From: Takakia lepidozioides | Taxonomy: Eukaryota > Plantae > Bryophyta | NCBI GenBank assembly: GCA_030704615.1 | Contig: CM060732.1 | Coordinates: forward strand, 62,682,001 to 62,746,000 | DNA: 64,000 bases | Direction: 5' to 3' | Shown here: positions 1 to 12,869 of the stretch, piece by piece | Layout of the letters: every line of letters starts with the position of its first letter | How positions within the stretch are numbered: position 1 is the stretch's first letter | Made by a program: the position numbers and the translations under genes | The notes under the pieces: generated by a model | What the model saw: only the letters and a program-made list of their open reading frames with translations | Told to the model about the DNA's origin: nothing | Databases searched by the model: none

Positions 1-299
1 CAGCTATGTCCACATTTCCCTGGATTATGCCTGCACGAAGCAAGGCCAACTGCATTCAGCACCCTCCACTTTATTATAGTATTGCAGCAACATTCAAAGC
101 ACTTCAATTTGTATCCATCGAAAACATCTAGGCTGGAAAAAGACATTGTTGCAGCAGAACTTAGGAAAGTACTTCTCCCCTTCCACTATACACGTGAAAT
201 GAAAGAAGCCAACCAACAGCATACCAGCCAAGAAAATATGAAACCAGCCAAGAAAAGAGCCAATATATGCAGTGAAGGTCGACACTAAATGAAACTTAT

Positions 300-1200
300 C
301 CAACACTTACATTAGAGGAGGGAAGCTAAGTCTTACCTCCATAAGCTTGCCCACATAAAATTTGGGAGCTTTTAGAATTTCTCCTTTCCGGTTGAATGAA
401 CTTGGCTACAAGATCCTTCAAATCGCAAGTTTGAGCTTCACACACAATGAACTTGCAGGGATTGAGCTTCCAATGCGAACCAGGAGTCTTATATTGATAG
501 CATTGTTGTAAAACACATGGACCAACAATGACAGTATCTGGAATGACATATAGTACAGTAATGACATATAGTACAACATGCCGCTTCCAGTTGACCATCT
601 ACCCATGTAGGTTTCTTGTACCTATCCTTCCACAGGGAATCATAGGTAATGTGGAGCTTGAAATCCAGCCCTCTTGGATGAATCTGGACCCACACTCTAT
701 CCCTGCTCCTTCAGCCATCCATGCGTCTGACAGCCTACAATTCTACCAGCAAACACCCCAACCATACTGGTGTGGAGTTCTTCCCCAAAACACCCCAACC
801 CTACTTATCACAATCTGAAATGCATCTGCTTCTCTCTGTAGTCCAACAGGCATTCGTCTTTTTGTCTCCATTGTCCCACCATTGGGGTCGGAAAGTGTTC
901 ACCCCAAAGCTTATCCTCACCTCTATTATATGTTTTTGGATACTTCCCTGCTGCCACACTGGCAGTAACTTGCCAAAGTCACTCCAAACCACCACAGATG
1001 TACCCAACGACCTAACTTACAGAATTCAATATGCATCTTGCGGCCGAGTCTGATGAGAGGGCAACACAGGCTGAAATAAGTTGAAGAAGAAGGTGCCCTA
1101 CCACATTGTCCTTGACCTGTCCCGACCCATGGAGGATTTGACCGATGACCTCTTGTGTGTGCTGCTTGTGTCTGTAGTCAGGTAATGTCGGATTGGTCTG
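300..1200 (-). mobile_element. Heavily degraded LTR-retrotransposon gag/protease-like remnant (tentative)
   Basis: Only broken minus-strand frames. 1147-1170 (GACCTCTTGTGTGTGCTGCTTGTG) is identical to 21403-21426, which lies in a gag-like remnant. An 18-bp-period tandem duplication lies at 542-575. Confidence 0.25.
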
Positions 1201-1539
1201 TCAGATCGAACCACTACGGCGTAGATGAGTAGTCAGAGATTGAAACACGCTTGCTAAGACCAAGCTGACTCCCCCAAGAACGGCGAGCTCGCTTGTCCTC
1301 GTCTTGTCTCCTCCTCCTCTTCTCCTTCGTGCATCATTTGCTCAACGCCTCCATCCTACGCCCCTGCATATCCTGCTATCATCGCGTTCCATCCCTCAGC
1401 TATGTGGTGTGGCGCAGGAGACAAAAAGACGCCAAGTCCCAGCCCTCCTTTCTGTTCACGATTACACTAATGGGCAACCTTATTAGCAATTTTTTTAACT
1501 TTTTTAAACCTAATGGGCAACCTTATTTGCATTATATGT

Positions 1540-1864
1540 GCCTTCAAAATGACACGTGTAGTGATGTAGTCGTATAAATAGAGCTCTGAAACCATCTTCA
1601 GTCATGGAGTCATAAGATTCCATGAAACGTCGTCCACGTGTAGTCAAACATATCACACTAGTCATATAAACCATCCCTGTCATCATGGTCAACAATGTTT
1701 GACCAATGCTCCCTAACTTTCCGGAGTCATGTAGTGATATCCATTACTATAAAGTCATAAAACTAAAACTGTAATGCATTTCAGCGCTCTGTAGTCATGT
1801 ACCTAGTGCAGTTTTTATGACTCCGCCAAACCCGTAGTCCTAAAAACGCTCATCTCTTGTAGTG
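1540..1864. mobile_element. One end of a CACTA (En/Spm) DNA transposon
   Basis: Ends in CATCTCTTGTAGTG (1851-1864; reverse complement CACTACAAGAGATG). It is preceded by many short subterminal repeats (GTAGTCAT/GAGTCAT/GTCATAA). No matching left TIR or 3-bp TSD was found. Confidence 0.6.
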
Positions 1865-1989
1865 CACCAATGCGCATCCCAAGAGCCAGCCATCACGAGT
1901 ACCATGTAGCAGCAAGGGAGCAGGTTTATGCGGCGCATCATCAAGGTTCACTGAAGCACGAGTTCAGTGCTGTGAAATGTGTCGGCCTG

Positions 1990-2340
1990 CTTAGGGCATA
2001 ACTTCCTGATTTCTCATCCAGGGTGGATGAAAAATCACATTTTATCAATAGAAGCACTTTGTCAATGGATGACATCCAATAAAAAGGTATCTTTTAGGGT
2101 TTTGGTATAGGCTTAGGTTTAATAACTGCCATCATTTATGATGGTAGTTTTATTATCTCTTGGATTTTAAAATAGGTAACCATTATTCATGTAGTTCATC
2201 CAGTTTAGATGAAAGAAATAGATGGTAAACCAAGCTTTCTGTACATTAAGTTTCATCATCCTATAATAATATCATCCAGATTTGGATGAAAAAGGTTGGG
2301 ATGAAAAACTAAATAACCTCAAAAGGTTAAGGCCAGATGA
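1990..2340. repeat. AT-rich MITE-like segment with iterated GGATGAAA/TTCATCC motifs
   Basis: The motif occurs many times in both orientations and recurs at about 6395-6470. Termini were not defined. Confidence 0.3.
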
Positions 2341-3924
2341 AATCCAAAGAGTTATAGAGGGAGAGGGAGAGAGGGAGAGAGAGACAAAGACGAAGTCACG
2401 AAGTGCTTTTAGGGCAAAGGTGCCCTCAAAGTTCGAGGATCAGATCAGTTGGAGGACGAAAAGTAGCGAGAGAACAATCAGCAGCGGGAGAACTGTGGAA
2501 CGCTGTGTACTGTGGTAACCTTCTTGGAACACCAAATGACAAGATCTGGCTAGGAGTAAGCACATTCCCATATTGGCATGAGTTCCTCCAATCATTGAGA
2601 AAGATATTATTTTAGTTAAAGTTGTACTTCGTGCGTACATGCAGGTCATGAGCTTGGAGGAGAGACCTTGAGAGGTGATGGAGAGATTACCAAATGCTCA
2701 TCAACACACACACTGAAATAAAGAGCTTGATAACATGGTTTGTCTTCAACCGGCCCACACTGTGTACCGTGGTCTGCTAACACATTTTGCTACAGAGCAG
2801 TTGTTGGTTTCAAAGTACCTTTGGTTCATCTATTTGATAGCCTATGTGAACTTTAGTGACTAAAGTCCTGTGGTAACTTAACCTGATGAAATCTAATGAA
2901 ATTTTCTGATTCGAGCGCCATATCACCAAACCATTGCCCAACATTGATGATAGTGATGGCATCATCTTGCACCCTTTGAGCATGCACAATAGCCTGCCGC
3001 ACATCGTTAATCCGCATTCAATGAAACTTGAAAGTTGTATGAAACTACAGACATTGACTGAAAGCATGGTGCAAGACAGCACCTAGACTCAGGGTGCTGA
3101 ACTTATCTTGTTTCTCTCTAGAATCAACATATTTCCTACTGCATCTCCACTTTACATGTTGACCTAGAGTGTTGAGGTCTTGAGGAAGATATAAGACATG
3201 ATAGTTCAAAACACAATGTTGTGTAAGGAGAAATGGTGTAAAGAATAAACAACATCGTACCCTCACAAACCCTGTTTACAAACTGCCATCCAACAGTGAT
3301 AGATCTCACAATGATTATGTGCATTGACAGCTTAATAACACTTTCTTCATGAGGTATGCATGAATATACCACGTAGCAACCATGACATCCACCTCTCACT
3401 AGAGGGGCCGAAGGCATAACTCAATTTTAACTAATTCCGGACTTTTGGCTGAAATCCGAACAAAACTTAATACAATTTTTCATTTAAACTAAATAAATTA
3501 TTATTATTATTATAAAACAATGAATCAAAATTTAGCTTTCAAGTGAATTTGCATGATTCCAAATTCATTAAACGTCGACATCAAAGTCGAATGACATACA
3601 TTAGACAATGCAAAAGATATATACATTAGAAAAAATTTGAGGCCAAAGAAATGCTGTCCCAAAGTTCATATGTCCCCTATAGCCGCTCAAGGCAGACAGC
3701 GAATTTTTAGAATGCCATTTTGCCATAGTGGCAAAATGGTGTCAAAAAGGTGGTTAAATGGGTTCCACGATGACGGTTCCACAGTGTCAAATTGGTTCCA
3801 CGAAGGATCATGTTTCCTCGGGAAGCGCCGGGTTCTCGCGCTTCTCGTCCCTCCCTTTCTTGCGCGCTTCTTTCCCCCAGCCCTTCTCGCACGCCGTCTT
3901 CCATCGGGCTCCAATGCTGCAGAC

Positions 3925-4068
3925 GTTTCCTGCAGGTGAGTGAGTGACCTTGCTTGCTTGTGAGTGAGTGAGTGACCTTCTTGCAGGTCAGTGAATGACC
4001 TTGCTTGTGAGTGAGTGACTAGGCGTTTCCTTGTAGGTGAGTGAGTGAGTGAGTGAGTGAGTGAGTGT
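3925..4068 (+). repeat. (GAGT)n-rich compound tandem repeat
   Basis: Repeated units of (C/T)AGGTGAGTGAGTGACCTT(GCTT), ending in a pure (GAGT)n run. Confidence 0.85.
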
Positions 4069-5211
4069 CATTGCTACGTTCTCGGTCTCAACTGCAGCCC
4101 TGAGTATCCTCCTACCCGAGCTAAACTTTACCTTCTTTCTTTTCGTTTTTACCATCTTGTTCGCTTCCAGTTAGATACCTGAAGCTGTCTACTGTTGTAC
4201 CAGTTATTTGTTTTGGTTCGAGAAATCCAATGCAAGTTCATTTCTGTTGCAGTTGTGTACCCCCCTGCCCTGAAGCAATGGCCTTTACGAGCTGAACGGA
4301 GTATTTCTGTGGCAAACAGGCGAGCTCGATGAAGAGCGATGAAGAGCAATCAGCAGTCAGTGAGTTTTCCTAGTTTGAACATTTGACGCTGCATAATCTT
4401 GCCTCTTCGGACATCTATCGGGTTTTTGATCGACATTACGTTTGTACTACTTCCACGAAGATGAGGGGCAGCATTTTGTAGCGCTTCACGAATCGAAGTT
4501 GAGCGAGCTCAACAGAAGCTTGCAGAATCTTCGTTCATTATGCATCAGGACCCTATGAGGACTGTCATTTTCTCTGCTTTGATCTACCCAAGAAGCTCCT
4601 TGTACGGTTTCTGTAAGTCGGGGAGAGTATCCACATGGAGACAGTCCTCAGGGTGCCCACCTGTTTTGCACACGTGTGTACACACACAGTTTATTTTTTA
4701 CACAGGATCATGTGTGGTTGCGGGACTTGGCCTTTAGTTGAATAGCTTACGAGTTTCGACCATCTTGAAGATTTCCAGTTGTTTTTGCTCCACATGAGCA
4801 GTGAATTCCATAGAATTGGTGTTAGCCATGTAGTTTATGTTTTGAACTCGTATTTGTCAATGTAGGAGTTCAGGCCTCGGTAATCTTGATGGTAGCACCT
4901 GGGACAGAATAGCAAGTGCTATGTTATTAAACTTGAATATAAAATCTAGTCCTGAAAATGTGGTTTCTTGGTCGAGGTCCAGCTGATAGATGTCGACTGA
5001 TGCACTGTCCTTATAAGGTTGTTTAACACGGATATATACCTGTTGAATCTATACATGCGGATTCTCTCGATCGATCAATTGTTTTCTCCCAAGCTTTCAA
5101 AATTGATATACATTGCGATCGACGGTCTTCAAATGTGCTGTTGCACGCTACCCTTCTTGCATGGACTAATTTTAACCGCTTTCACATGACTGGTAATATG
5201 TTTGTACAACA

Positions 5212-5935
5212 ATGGAGTACGGGACAGTCCAGTTTCTCGTGTTTTGCCTGATTATTATTCTCATCAAGGAGAGCTTAGCGGGTCTGTGAGGCCATTTGCC
5301 AATTAGGTCGTCTGTCCCAGTAAGTTCTTGTCGCTCTTGTTTCAAGAAATGTAAGGGAAAGCTGCATTTCCCAGCATTTCCCAGCCTTAGTCCTGCTGTT
5401 TCTTCCTTCCAAACATATGGGGCCTCCCTAACCGTGGATGGGGCTTACACTTGTTATGAGCCTCCGTATGTTTGCTGGATTTCTCAGGTTTGTTGACCCT
5501 GCTACAAGCATCCCCATCCTGTTTAGTCAAGGCTATTAGAGTACAAGTGCAAACACAAGGAGCAGTGTGCCTTGGCCACATTGATGTGGTATTATCAGTA
5601 CCTCAAATGCGGTTTGACTGTGTGGTCCGCCACGTATGATATACATGTACAGACAGCTGGGATAATGGCTCGAATGCACTGTTGCAAAGTAAGTCTTTCT
5701 CCGTTGCATCTATGATTCTGCCAAAACATTCTGCGATAGGGCAGTTAATCTAGCGAAGAATCCGTTGTAGGTGGGCATGGTCGTCATTTGATAAGGATGT
5801 TGTGTTGCAGGGCCCCGTATCACTTTGCTGTCAGGCTTTGGCAACTCAGAAGGGCCTATGGCTCTTGTTGATTGGTTTCCATGGCAGCATTATAATTGCC
5901 TATTGCCGGGGTGGGGGGTGGGGGCAGCGGGTGGG
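5212..5935 (+). CDS. Possible small spliced gene or pseudogene for a secreted protein of unknown function
   Basis: ATG 5212 gives MEYGTVQFLVFCLIIILIKESLA (signal-peptide-like). A GT at 5282 and AG at 5373-5374 join in phase to AFPSLSPAVSSFQTYGASLTVDGAYTCYEPP. Further in-phase GT/AG exons are possible near 5658-5689 and 5811 onward. No family recognised. Confidence 0.25.
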
Positions 5936-6515
5936 TAGAAGGTGGGGCGGTGGTTTGGATGTGGAGAGGGTTTATATATTTTTGATGGAACAATACAATA
6001 TTTTTGTTAACTATACTATTGTGGGTGTGGGGATGGAGGATGCAGCTTCACAGACACACTAGCAGAACTTCCGTTGTTTTATCATCATATGTTTACTTTT
6101 GCACTAATCTCAATCTGACGTTGACGCTTGAGTAATCTCAATCGCATCGGCCCCACTGTGGGTTTTTGATCCTCACCCAACCAGCCCACAATGAGGACCC
6201 AACCAACTAAGATTCGTGGTAGCACACTAATCCCACTTCAGCTCAGATCTCTCCTTCCCTATTACCACCCCGCCCATCAGAAGGTGCATCATGTCTTACA
6301 TATTATGGGCAACTTTAGCACAGTGTTTTTTTTAAGAAATTTGGAAAACAGCAAGAGTGGCTACAAAGTTTTGCAGGAAAAAGCGGTACATTCTGTTCAT
6401 CCACTAAAATTCATCCACATATGTACTTTTGTCCATTTATTTCATCCATATTTGGCAAATTCATCCATAATATATTTTTTATTTGGAGAAATTTGGCGAA
6501 ACGGTGCAGCATCAA

Positions 6516-6599
6516 AGAGAGAGAAGACTCCGGCCGAGGCCAGCGTAACTAAGAGCCACTTCACCTTGTGGCTAGTGCCCCCTTTCGGTGGTGGGCCCT
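6516..6599 (-). repeat. Short dispersed structured repeat with (CT)n tail on the minus strand, copy 1
   Basis: AGAGAGAAGACTCCGG...GTAACTAAGAGCCA.TTCACCTTG.GGCTA.TGCCCCCTTTCG...GTGGGCCCT recurs at 35981-36064 and, truncated, at 36221-36256. Confidence 0.8.
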
Positions 6600-8261
6600 G
6601 CAGCATCAAACCCATATTCTTCTTGTACAGCTTTCCGACAACTTAGGCTCAAGTAAACCTCTGAATCATCCGAGGTTGGGATACTCTATAACTAGTAGAT
6701 TTGGGAGAAAATATGCCTGGACTCGCCGCGAGCACTTTCATTACCTAGTTGACCTAGCACTGGGTTGATTCATCTCTTCATGCCTCGTGTCGCATGCTTG
6801 ATGATGAGTGCCTTATCAAGTCAATAAAGATGGGGATTATTGTGTTTGCCATATCCTTTTGGTGCCGGGTCATACTCTTATCAATGTCAATACTACCGAC
6901 GGTCCCTTCCCAACCATTTAGGCATTATTTGCGCCTAATAATTATTAAAAACCAAACAGACTGCTTAGTCAAACCATATCTTCACATTAGGCATCTTCAT
7001 GCTATTAAGTTTTTTGAATTAGGCACATGAAAAGACAAAAATGTTTTTCTTAAGAATAAAAATAAAAATAAAAACCCAATGCCCATGGGCCTTTTGTCCC
7101 CTGCCAATAGGCCCAGCTCAATTCTCTTCCAAGCTTGCACCTAGCCGGGCCGCCTCATGAGTCCCCACTCCATTTGTACCTTCACCTTCTGGCTGTGCAG
7201 GAGTCCAGGAGCGAACAAATAGATTGGGATTTGTAGGAAGTTATTTCCGCATGCATATATTTGTATTGATTTTTGTTCAATGAAATTATCATCTCATTAC
7301 AAACAACATGAGAAGAGGCTGGAAAGCTTTTTGCTGGTATTTTTAGGAATTAGGCGCTTTGGTCCCATAGTTTCCGAGCAATTAAGCCAAAATTTGAAAA
7401 ATTCCCAAAACTCGTTAGGCACTTTCATTAATTGGTTGGTAAGGGACGGTACTGATCTATGTTAGACCTTTCCTCGTCATCGAGCAGGATATTACCGTCA
7501 GCTTTACCGACGAGTATCATTCTTCTTGTGGAACTCATCCCTCTGCAATCCTAAATATGGAGTGTATATGAAGGCATAACAATGTTGTACAAAAAAAACA
7601 AAAAGAAGGATGTTCACGTGGTCTTTGTATTTCACTACTGGGGAGTATAAAAATGTGCTAGCAGACTTAGGCTGAAATTTTCACCTTGAATATCTTATTA
7701 AAAAAATATGGAATTGCCACTAGGCAGCTGTAGCTCGGTTAGATGGACCGATAAGTGCCCCCCAAGTGCTTTTGGGCTCCTTGTCAGGTGTGGTGGCCCC
7801 CATGGCATGGTTAAGTTTTCTTTTGTTTTGTTCTTTTGGAAGGGGATGAAACATTTTATGTTAAGTTAAGTTACCGTGCAAGAGGTTATTTTCTCCTCTC
7901 ACTATAATTAACCGTTAAGGGCCCGCCATTGGGCAAATTGCACCTCTAAAAGAGGTAACCTCTAGTCAATTAACTGAGGCTACACACCTACCTGTTACAT
8001 TAAAAAAATAAACCTTACCATATTCATCTTGTTTACCATATATATCTACTCAACAAGTTGTGGAAAAATTCACCATAAGTAGAGAGATTTAAGTGTTTTA
8101 GTGAGAGGGTTTTTATTTTTTTGATTTGCAAGCTATAAATCTTGAGCTTTGATCAAACTATTTAGGTGAGGGGTTGATGTTTCCTGCTCCTCTCTCCCAC
8201 ATAGAAACGTGGTATGTTAACCTAGCCAACTCTTGTGAAAGTTTGGAAGCAATGTGTTTAA

Positions 8262-8990
8262 CCCCTAAAGGACGACGCGACCTAAATCAAGTCGCAACAT
8301 TTTACATCCAAATGCATAACTTCGTCGGATGAACTCCGACGAAGATGAGCCCTGAACGGAAAATGTGCGGCGCTGTCTCCTCTACACGCTCCAGCAAACG
8401 GCATGTCAAAATCATAAAATCCCTGCATGCTAAAATTTATTGAATGCATGGGGGTCCAGGAATTGAGTGGTGCAGAGGCCTTTGCTGTGGAGTGCTGCAT
8501 AGAATGACCATTGGAATTTGCATCCGAGTGCCATTTTCAGGGCATTTGGAAGCCCTTAGCTCACCAGAGCAACTTGGGGTGAATTTACCCCCCCCCCCCC
8601 CCCCCTAATTCACCTACAAAGCACCCCCCTCTAATTTTGTTGGATTAGTCCCATTTTTGCAGGGAGTACTCCTTGAGTGGCCGAAATCAAGAATCTGGAA
8701 CCCATTCACTCAGGAAAAATCCGGAAAATGCCAATTTGGCATGGTCAAACCCATTTTTGTCACTTGTTTTTTTGTATTTTCACAATTTAGGCCTTTTTAT
8801 TTTGTTATAATCTCCCAAATGCAACGGTCAAAAGTCCTGCAATTTTTCCACGTCATTCATGATGTCAGTAGGGATGAACATGTATGGTTCATCCACGTGG
8901 ATGTCAGTGGGTAGATAGCTACAGCGGATTTTTGGAGGGTATATACCTGTTTTGCCCAAAAGTCCAAAATTTTAGCTCGTCTTTTAAGGG
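8262..8990. mobile_element. piggyBac-like non-autonomous element (MITE)
   Basis: Flanked by TTAA at 8258-8261 and 8991-8994. Left end CCCCTAAAGGACGA; right end reverse complement CCCTTAAAAGACGA (12/14 match). No coding capacity recognised. Confidence 0.6.
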
Positions 8991-9553
8991 TTAAATTGTG
9001 AGGGTGAGGGCAAAATGACCTCCATAGCTTAGTACTTCAAAGTGAGCCCATGCGATAAATAATTCACTCCTTGGTAAAAAGATGTTTCACTCAATCGTTA
9101 TGGTGAGGGTGTGAAATGTAATACAACAGTGAGCCTAGGAAAAAAGTAAAGTAGATCCAGGGGTACCAAATGTAAGCCCACCATTAAGCCCAGCTACTTT
9201 TCTCCCCACATGCCTGTAAATTACCTATTCTAGTAGAGGTTACCGGCGCCTATTAAAGGGCCACGTCGACTATGAACCTCCATTTCAAAGGGAAGTTGGT
9301 CGTGGGGGGTCTTCTAGCGGGTCCAGGCAGCGGTCAGCGCTCTACACCTCCTGTTCCCTCCTCATGCTCCCCACTTTTAGGACCATGTTCCCAAAGCATT
9401 TTCCAATTTTGCTCCTTCTTCCCACACCTGCATCCCCGCTCCCCATTGGGACGTGGGAGCGAGGAGGGGAGCGGCAACTGGGAACATGAGACTGAACATG
9501 CATAAACTAACTATTCCTTCATTGCTTAGAGGTTGATTATTTCGCGGTTATGA

Positions 9554-9719
9554 TTCTAGTGACCCATTCCGAATCTGGAATATGACAGTGGAATAGGTCA
9601 CTAGAACTTAGCCCTAATCTTTTATGCAAGGGAACGGGATTTCTAGTGACTATTACAGCAGACGTAAGGCCGAGCGTGCATCTTACCTTCTGTAATAGTC
9701 ACTAGAAATCCCGTTCCCT
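9554..9719. repeat. Two adjacent related inverted repeats (hairpins)
   Basis: 9554-9570 pairs with 9590-9606 (16/17). 9629-9658 pairs with 9690-9719 (perfect 30 bp). Both share TTCTAGTGAC. Confidence 0.9.
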
Positions 9720-10898
9720 ATTACTTTGATTGCAGTGATTTGAACCTCAAAACCTCGTCAATGTAGCACATGACCTAGCTGCCACACCACCGTCCGCTTC
9801 TCGCCTAACTTAACCGCAGATTTTTCAATGGTACATGCTCGCAAGTGAGAGGGGAGCAGCGGGTGGTGGGGATTTGACAGCTCGCCCCGCCGGAACGGCC
9901 ATCCTAGGCAACCATACCGGCAAGGCTCTCACGCTTGCATTCAACTCGTTGGGTAATCGTAGTGGTCTCCCTATTGTAACTGGATCCCAGTGGACAACCG
10001 ACGCGGATTACAGCAAGGAACCGAAGGAATGTTGATTGGTCCACAATGCTCGTCGGTGGGATGAGCGCACATGATGAATTGGAAGAGATAAAAGATAAAG
10101 ATCAAGATCAAAATCAAGTTTCCTTCACGTAAAGGCGATCCCGCCATTGTTGCTGCCTACAAGGTAAAAGATAGGGGGTAAAAGGTCGCCATGTATCTTC
10201 GCAAACTCCTGTAGCCCTTTACCGTCAATTTGGATTTTTGGGTAAGTTACCCATGGTAGGAAAGACCAATACAGCCAGGCAGGACAGAAGGTGAGATTGA
10301 CGACACGGGAGAAGTAATGAGACAACGAAAGTCAATGGGTATGGCTGGCCCAAGTCTGGAGTCAGAGCTTTGTGCTTGGATCCGTGTACTGTTCCTGTTG
10401 GCTATTTATACTGGCACAATCCGCCAGGCATACAGCAAGCCATTAACCGCCTCGGCCTCTACCCATTTCTTCTGCAGGAAGTTCCTTTGGGGATAGATTG
10501 GATTGAGTTTGCATACACGGAGCTTGGCGTGTGCCAGGGGCACACTCCACAGCTGGCTCGAGCTTCACCCGCGTCACTTTCTTTCCTGTCCCAGTTCTTG
10601 TCTCAATATATTACGTGCTCAACTCCAGTCCGAGGTTGTACACAGGTCACGCAATTCGAGTATTTGGATTATGTTTCCGAGTCTAGACAGTTAGAGGTAT
10701 TGATTGACTAAACTCTGCTCTCCCTGCGTCCCTGCAGAGCATTGCACGAAATTGCAGACTACACAATTCCTTTTGAGACAGACATAGCCAGGCGGACTTG
10801 ATTTGTTAAGACTCTTTGGAGCTATTCTCGATTTTGTGACCAGACGTTAGTATTGATCATTCATTTGAGCTGGAGCTGGAGGATTGGGTTTAGAGACG

Positions 10899-12869
10899 AT
10901 GGCAGTTACCAGGAGGAGCCAAGCATCTTTTTTCGTCGTCACAGTACTACTTAGTTTTCAATGTCTATCAGTAGGTCCTCTGTTGGTGAGTGCTCAAGGC
11001 AGCTGGCAACTTCTGTTGCAAAGTGCAGGGATTTCTTCTATGCATACGGCCATAACGCACTATGACACAGCGATCATGCTGGACCGCACAGACGTTGGAG
11101 CATCTCAAAGACAGCTGCCCAATGGAGTCTGCCGTGACGATCCACAAGACCTGACCCTCAAGCATGATTGTACTGCGCACTCCGTCATGTTTGACCCTGC
11201 TTCCAACACAGTTCGTCCTTTGTTCGTCCAGACGGATACCTGGTGTTCATCTGGCCAGTTCTTCCCGGATGGAACATTGGTGCAGACAGGAGGTGATTAC
11301 GATGGAAATAAGAAGATACGAAGGCTCGCACCTTGCCCAGCTAATGGAAATTGTGATTGGGTTGAATCCAAAACTGAAGTGCTGACTGAAGGTAGGTGGT
11401 ACGCCTCAAACCAGCTGTTACCGGATGGACGCCAGATTATAGTAGGCGGGCGAGCAGTCTTCACCTACGAGTTCTTCCCAAAGAGGACAACAGGCGAGGG
11501 TTCATTCCCTTTGCAACTTCTGAAGGATACGAACGACGCTGCGAACGACAACTACTACCCTTACGTGCATTTGTTGCCAGACGGAAACCTGTTCATCTTC
11601 GCCAACAGGGACTCGATCCTTCTAAACTACAATACTGGCGCAGTGATTAGAAAGTACCCAACAATTCCAGGAGAGCCCAGGAATTACCCGTCAGCTGGTT
11701 CCTCAGTGTTGCTGCCCCTTCTTGCTTCCAACGGGTTTGCAAGAGCTGAAGTTCTCGTATGTGGTGGAGCCGCCCTGGGAGCTTTTAGAAATCCCAAAGC
11801 CCAGCTCCCAGCGTCGCAGACTTGTGGAAGGATGGTGGTCACAGCGGCTAATGCAGCGTGGGCTATGGAGACTATGCCGTTTCGACGCACTATGGGCGAC
11901 ATGATAATATTGCCTACTGGTGATGTTTTGATCATCAACGGAGCTGAAAATGGTTCTCAAGGGTGGGGATTTGCCACGAATGCTGTCTTGAATCCGGTTC
12001 TCTACGACACCAACGCTACTCCCCAGAACCGTTTTCAGACGTTTGCGGCCACCACCATTCCCCGTGTGTACCATTCGACTGCTAACCTTCTCTCCGACGG
12101 CCGGATTCTTCTGGCTGGCAGCAACAGTCATCAGTTCTACACATTTACTGGGGCATTTCCAACAGAGCTCCGAGTGGAGGCCTTCTCACCACCATACTTG
12201 AGTGCTGTGTAAGTTTGATTTTCTATGCCTGAGCCTCCATTGGGCGATATGTTTCAGTCTAGCACCATGCAATCAACTAGAATTTTGCTGTACAAGGTTT
12301 TCTCAACGTAGTTTGAGTTTCTAGGATATGCTCAAGAGTGGCGCACATAGCGGGGGCCAAAGTGCCAGCTGATCAAGAGAAACTAGCTGTAAATATGACA
12401 GTAAGTTAGTAACTGAGAACCAGAGTCTGATAGAAAGGAAATCTTGACGCCGTTTGAAAGAATAGTTGAATGATCATGTCGAACATCGTCATGTTACAAG
12501 TATACACCCAGTTGTGTTGAGGTGCAATGCCTGGTTGGATTTTCCAGCTACAACAATCGAAGACCGAAGATCAATGGGTTCCCCAATTCGATCAAGTACG
12601 GCCAGGTGTTTACAGTGACGTTCTCAACTACAGCAAGGACCGACCCGTTTGAAATCAATATGCTGAGCGCGCCGTTTGTAACCCATTCTTACGCTCAGGG
12701 CCAGAGGTTGCTGAAGCTCAAGGTCTCAACTCCAGTAGCAATCAATGGGGGCTACTCAGTCCAGGTCACTGCACCACCCAATGGGGTCATAGCTCCTCCA
12801 GCCTACTACATGATTTTCCCTCTTCAGAGGGGAACCCCTGGACAGGCCGTTTGGGTACAGATCTCATAG
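10899..12869 (+). CDS. GLOX: Secreted glyoxal oxidase / galactose oxidase-like copper radical oxidase (AA5), 2 exons: 10899-12208 and 12548-12869
   Basis: N-terminal signal peptide. Motifs include TDTWCSSG, RWYASNQLLPDG, RNYPSAGSS, RVYHS and FVTHS (Cys/Tyr cofactor and His/Tyr copper ligands), plus a C-terminal Ig-like domain ending PPAYYMIF. A phase-2 GT-AG intron (12209-12547) joins the two ORFs in frame. Confidence 0.95.

Noticed and set aside
1049-1080. CTGATGAG...GAAA resembling a hammerhead ribozyme core
   Set aside because: Stem II does not pair, and no stems I/III or cleavage triplet could be built.
1465-1527. CACTA at 1465 as the left TIR of the CACTA element, with an 18-bp direct repeat nearby
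   Set aside because: The sequence after CACTA does not match the right TIR, and the 3-bp flanks differ (TTA vs CAC).
9730-9795. tRNA-like A/B boxes on the minus strand (GGTTCAAATC)
   Set aside because: No cloverleaf can be folded; at most a decayed SINE head.
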